From NCBI GenBank assembly GCA_030637655.1, contig DAOWGI010000010.1, positions 1-18,232 of the forward strand: a stretch of DNA of 18,232 nt. Direction: 5' to 3'. This stretch comes from a candidate division FCPU426 bacterium (lineage in GTDB: Bacteria > Oederibacteriota > JAAXVQ01 > JAUVAV01). The notes under the pieces are model-generated. The model ran no database searches. It had not been told where the DNA came from and saw only the letters and a program-made list of their open reading frames with translations. The position numbers and the translations under genes are program-made. Shown here one piece after another: positions 15,605-18,232 of the stretch (the first letter of the stretch is position 1; each line of letters begins with the position of its first letter).

Positions 15605-16168
15605 ATGAAAAAGAGCGGACTTCACCTGGTTGTTGGCCTCTTGCTGCTCGTGCCGGCCGCAGGCTGCCATCCCCGCATGGCAGGCAAACCCGTTACCCCA
15701 GGCAGTAACATCAGCATCCAACGGCATGCGGACTTACCCATCCAATTTAATTCCAAAATCCGCGACCAGGAATCCGACCGTTTTCTTGTGCGCATCAATA
15801 AATACCGCAAACAAAAAGGACTGAAACCGCTTACGGTAGACAATAAACTTCAACCAGCCGCGCAATGGCTGAGCGAAGACATGGCAGCCAAAAATTACCT
15901 TGGGCACCGGGATTCCATGGGACGCGATCCGTTCAAGCGTATAGCTGCCTTTGGTTATAACTACAACACCTACAAGGCGGAGAATGTGGCTGCCGGCCAG
16001 GAAACCGCGGCTGAGGTGTTTAAATCCTGGCAAGAGTCTAAAACCCACAACACAAATATGCTTAACCCCTATTTTACGGTGATCGGTATTGGATTTACTT
16101 ATAGCAAGAAATCCAGGTACGGCTGGTATTGGGCGACCACTTTCGGCGGGCAAAAAAGTAAAAAATAG
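15605..16168 (+). CDS. CAP (SCP/Tpx-1) domain lipoprotein
   Basis: AGGAGG RBS; lipobox AAGC; INKYRKQKGLKPL, ENVAAG, SWQESKTHNTNMLNP, IGIG, YWATTFG. Confidence 0.9.
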   Translation: MKKSGLHLVVGLLLLVPAAGCHPRMAGKPVTPGSNISIQRHADLPIQFNSKIRDQESDRFLVRINKYRKQKGLKPLTVDNKLQPAAQWLSEDMAAKNYLGHRDSMGRDPFKRIAAFGYNYNTYKAENVAAGQETAAEVFKSWQESKTHNTNMLNPYFTVIGIGFTYSKKSRYGWYWATTFGGQKSKK

Positions 16169-16501
16169 CAGACCATTTGTTTTCACTCCTGCCTGCCAAC
16201 TTGGTTACTGCTGGTTTTTAGATGAGGAATATCCAGATTAATCGTTTACACAACAGCCCATTATGCTGTGATCCCGTTTTCTCCTTCTGGTGCCGGCCAC
16301 TAAGAAACATTGTTTTTTCCCAATTCATCCAATTTCTTTTGATTTCCAAACACCGTCTCCTTACCTAACCCAAGACCATCCCTGTTCGTAGATATCGTTA
16401 TCCGCTTATCCGAACACCGGCCCCATTTACGCAGCCAAGAAACGCAGCCGTCTGCGGAAGGTGTGCAGGATGATCGCGCTGGTGGATTTGATGATGTAAT
16501 C

Positions 16502-16526
16502 GTAGGGGCGAACCTTGTGTTCGCCC
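16502..16526. repeat. GTAG-type REP hairpin (single tag)
   Basis: gtaggggcgaac-cttgt-gttcgccc. Confidence 0.75.
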
Positions 16527-16565
16527 GCCAGCGGTTTCAGTCCGTGACAAAATGTCACGACCCCT

Positions 16566-16594
16566 CGGTTCATCCCCGCTTGTGCGGGGAACGT
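16566..16594 (-). CRISPR. Solitary type I-E-like CRISPR repeat (no array, no cas genes in the window)
   Basis: Minus strand ACGTTCCCCGCACAAGCGGGGATGAACCG versus the I-E consensus GTGTTCCCCGCGCCAGCGGGGATAAACCG; hairpin and 8-nt handle ATGAACCG intact. Confidence 0.75.
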
Positions 16595-16597
16595 TGG

Positions 16598-17740
16598 TCA
16601 TAATACCTTACGCTTACTTGTCATTTTTCGTTTTCTTCCTTTAGGTTTTGTACTACTTTTTTTACTTAATGCCCGTTCAATTACTTCAACACTAGGAAGC
16701 GCCGATTTTAGTTTGGCTGGCAATGCCCTGGTCAGCTCATATTCCGAAACGCCTATCGGTTTAGCAACACCGCGTAATGTATATTCCGCAAGTATGATTT
16801 TCTTCTCTTGGCAAAGAATCAAACCGATTGTTGGATTATCTTTTTCGTGTCTCAATTGATTATCTACAACATTGCAGTAAAAATTCATCTTTCCGGCATA
16901 TTCCGGTTTGAATCCACCTTTTTTTAAATCAATTACAATGAAACAACGAAGTTTAAGATGATAGAATAATAAATCAATATAAAAATCTTCTTTTCCAATC
17001 TCAATGTGATATTGACGGCCGACAAAAGCAAATCCCCGGCCTAATTCCAGGAGAAATCTTTGCAAATGCCGAATTAAGCCGGTTTCCAATTCCCGCTCAT
17101 GAAAGGATTCTTCTAAAGTGAGAAAGTCAAAAATATATGGATCTTTAAGGGTTTGCTCTACCAAGTCTGATTGAGGTGAAGGTAGTTGCTTTTTAAAATT
17201 ATGTGTTATCTTACCCTGACGTTTGTGAGCTTGGCTTTTAATCATACTGAGTAAAACATCCCGGCTCCAGCCTTGCTCGATAATTTGCTGCATGTACCAG
17301 GCGCGATTTTCAATATCTTTCACTTTTTCCATGAGCAGAATATTATGGCCCCAGGGGATTTTTGCAACAAGCTGTTGCAAAATCTCCCGGCCGTTTACTA
17401 GTGCCACAGGCTGTGCCACTTTTTCTGATACTTTGATTTTTGCCACAGCCTGTGGCAAAATTTCACCGATATTGGGATAAGTACGGTAAAACGCTATCAT
17501 TCGCCCAATGTTCCGTTCAGAAAATCCTTTTACTTCCGGCAATTCATTACGAATATCCAATGCTAGCCGAGGAATAACCGCAGCTCCCCATCCTTTCCGC
17601 TGTTGCCGGTCATAAATGATATGGCCAACATCCCAATACATAGTGATCATTTCCACATTCGCAGAAAATACCGCGCGCGTCTGTCCTTGCCTGATTCGCT
17701 TTTTGATCTGACTTAACATTTCAATGTATTGCTTTGGCAT
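16598..17740 (-). CDS. yhcG: YhcG/DUF1016 family PD-(D/E)XK nuclease-domain protein
   Basis: YWDVG, WGAAVIPRLA, GFSERN, IPWGHN, KDPYIFDFL, FLLELG.GFAFVGRQ, IDLLFYH, GKMNFY, IGLILC; AAGGAGG RBS. Confidence 0.95.
   Translation of the reverse strand: MPKQYIEMLSQIKKRIRQGQTRAVFSANVEMITMYWDVGHIIYDRQQRKGWGAAVIPRLALDIRNELPEVKGFSERNIGRMIAFYRTYPNIGEILPQAVAKIKVSEKVAQPVALVNGREILQQLVAKIPWGHNILLMEKVKDIENRAWYMQQIIEQGWSRDVLLSMIKSQAHKRQGKITHNFKKQLPSPQSDLVEQTLKDPYIFDFLTLEESFHERELETGLIRHLQRFLLELGRGFAFVGRQYHIEIGKEDFYIDLLFYHLKLRCFIVIDLKKGGFKPEYAGKMNFYCNVVDNQLRHEKDNPTIGLILCQEKKIILAEYTLRGVAKPIGVSEYELTRALPAKLKSALPSVEVIERALSKKSSTKPKGRKRKMTSKRKVL
17360..17460. repeat. Three intragenic DNA palindromes at 39-bp spacing
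   Basis: ttttgcaaca-agc-tgttgcaaaa; agtgccaca-ggc-tgtgccact; ttttgccaca-gcc-tgtggcaaaa; centres at 17371, 17410, 17449. Confidence 0.85.
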
Positions 17741-18215
17741 TTATTCTTATTCCTCCTTGTGTAGTATAACTTTCTACACAATCAGACAGAAACGCAGCGC
17801 TTTCCTTGCAAAATATTTTATTTATTTTCAAATAACAATTGGCACGGGTATTTTCCAGTTGTCCAATTTTTCCGGATATCTCATTGTCAACCAAGGTACA
17901 ATTTGTCCCCCCTTTTTTTAGTTATCATTCGCTTTGGAAGCATCTCTATTTTTAGAACCAGCTTTAACTAAGAAAGCAGCGAACAGCATATTTATTTATC
18001 AGGTTTTGATTCGGCTTTTTTAGACTACAGATGACGATTCATTTTCATGCGATTTTTTAGAAATAATGGGGCTTCCGGGTTTGTCGTGGGTAAAAAACCG
18101 GCTAAAAGTCGGATAACCTTTTCAAATTAAGGATATATCAGTTTTTCGGTCTTTAAATAACTTGACACGTTCTGGTCACAAAGTAAGTCCCTTGGCAACA
18201 TGACTTTTATAGAGC

Positions 18216-18232
18216 CGTCACCCCGGCATGAT
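18216..18232 (+). repeat. Start of a third CGTC-type REP copy, cut by the window end
   Basis: cgtcaccccggcatgat; the last 16 nt are identical to 7027-7042. Confidence 0.75.

Noticed and set aside
16517-16534. Second, inverted type I-E-like repeat (gtgttcgcccgccagcgg)
   Set aside because: Opposite orientation, no handle, and largely explained by the REP arm; it does not form an array.
16398-16601. 67-aa ORF coupled to yhcG by an ATGA overlap
   Set aside because: It reads through the CRISPR repeat and REP with no protein-like signature; not called, though not strictly excluded.
17741-18215. AT-rich tail region including ORF 17724-17921
   Set aside because: No RBS, motif, tRNA or clear structure that I can support.

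Overview
Bacterial chromosomal segment; it starts inside a group II intron and ends inside a palindromic repeat, so both ends may be assembly breaks. Left part (~880-6690): a c-di-GMP signalling neighbourhood with a V4R/H-NOX-fold-like protein, three stand-alone PilZ proteins, a GGDEF cyclase and a convergent GAF/HD-GYP phosphodiesterase, interrupted by a MenA-like prenyltransferase. Five of these six signalling genes have sigma28 (FliA)-like promoters. Middle (7206-11518): a glycerol operon (glpK, GlpA/LhgO-like FAD dehydrogenase with BFD domain, FAD/NAD(P) oxidoreductase, DUF1667). Right: an orphan Hcp-like protein with a signal peptide, an AT-rich acyl-AMP ligase-ACP-acyltransferase fusion, a CAP lipoprotein and a YhcG/DUF1016 nuclease. 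Small mobile and palindromic DNA is dense: GTAG-type REPs (two read in frame inside genes), TA/CTAG-bounded MITE-like elements wrapping hairpin repeats, two group II intron pieces, a solitary type I-E CRISPR repeat 3 nt behind yhcG, and three DNA palindromes at 39-bp spacing inside yhcG. All calls come from motif recognition; no searches were run.
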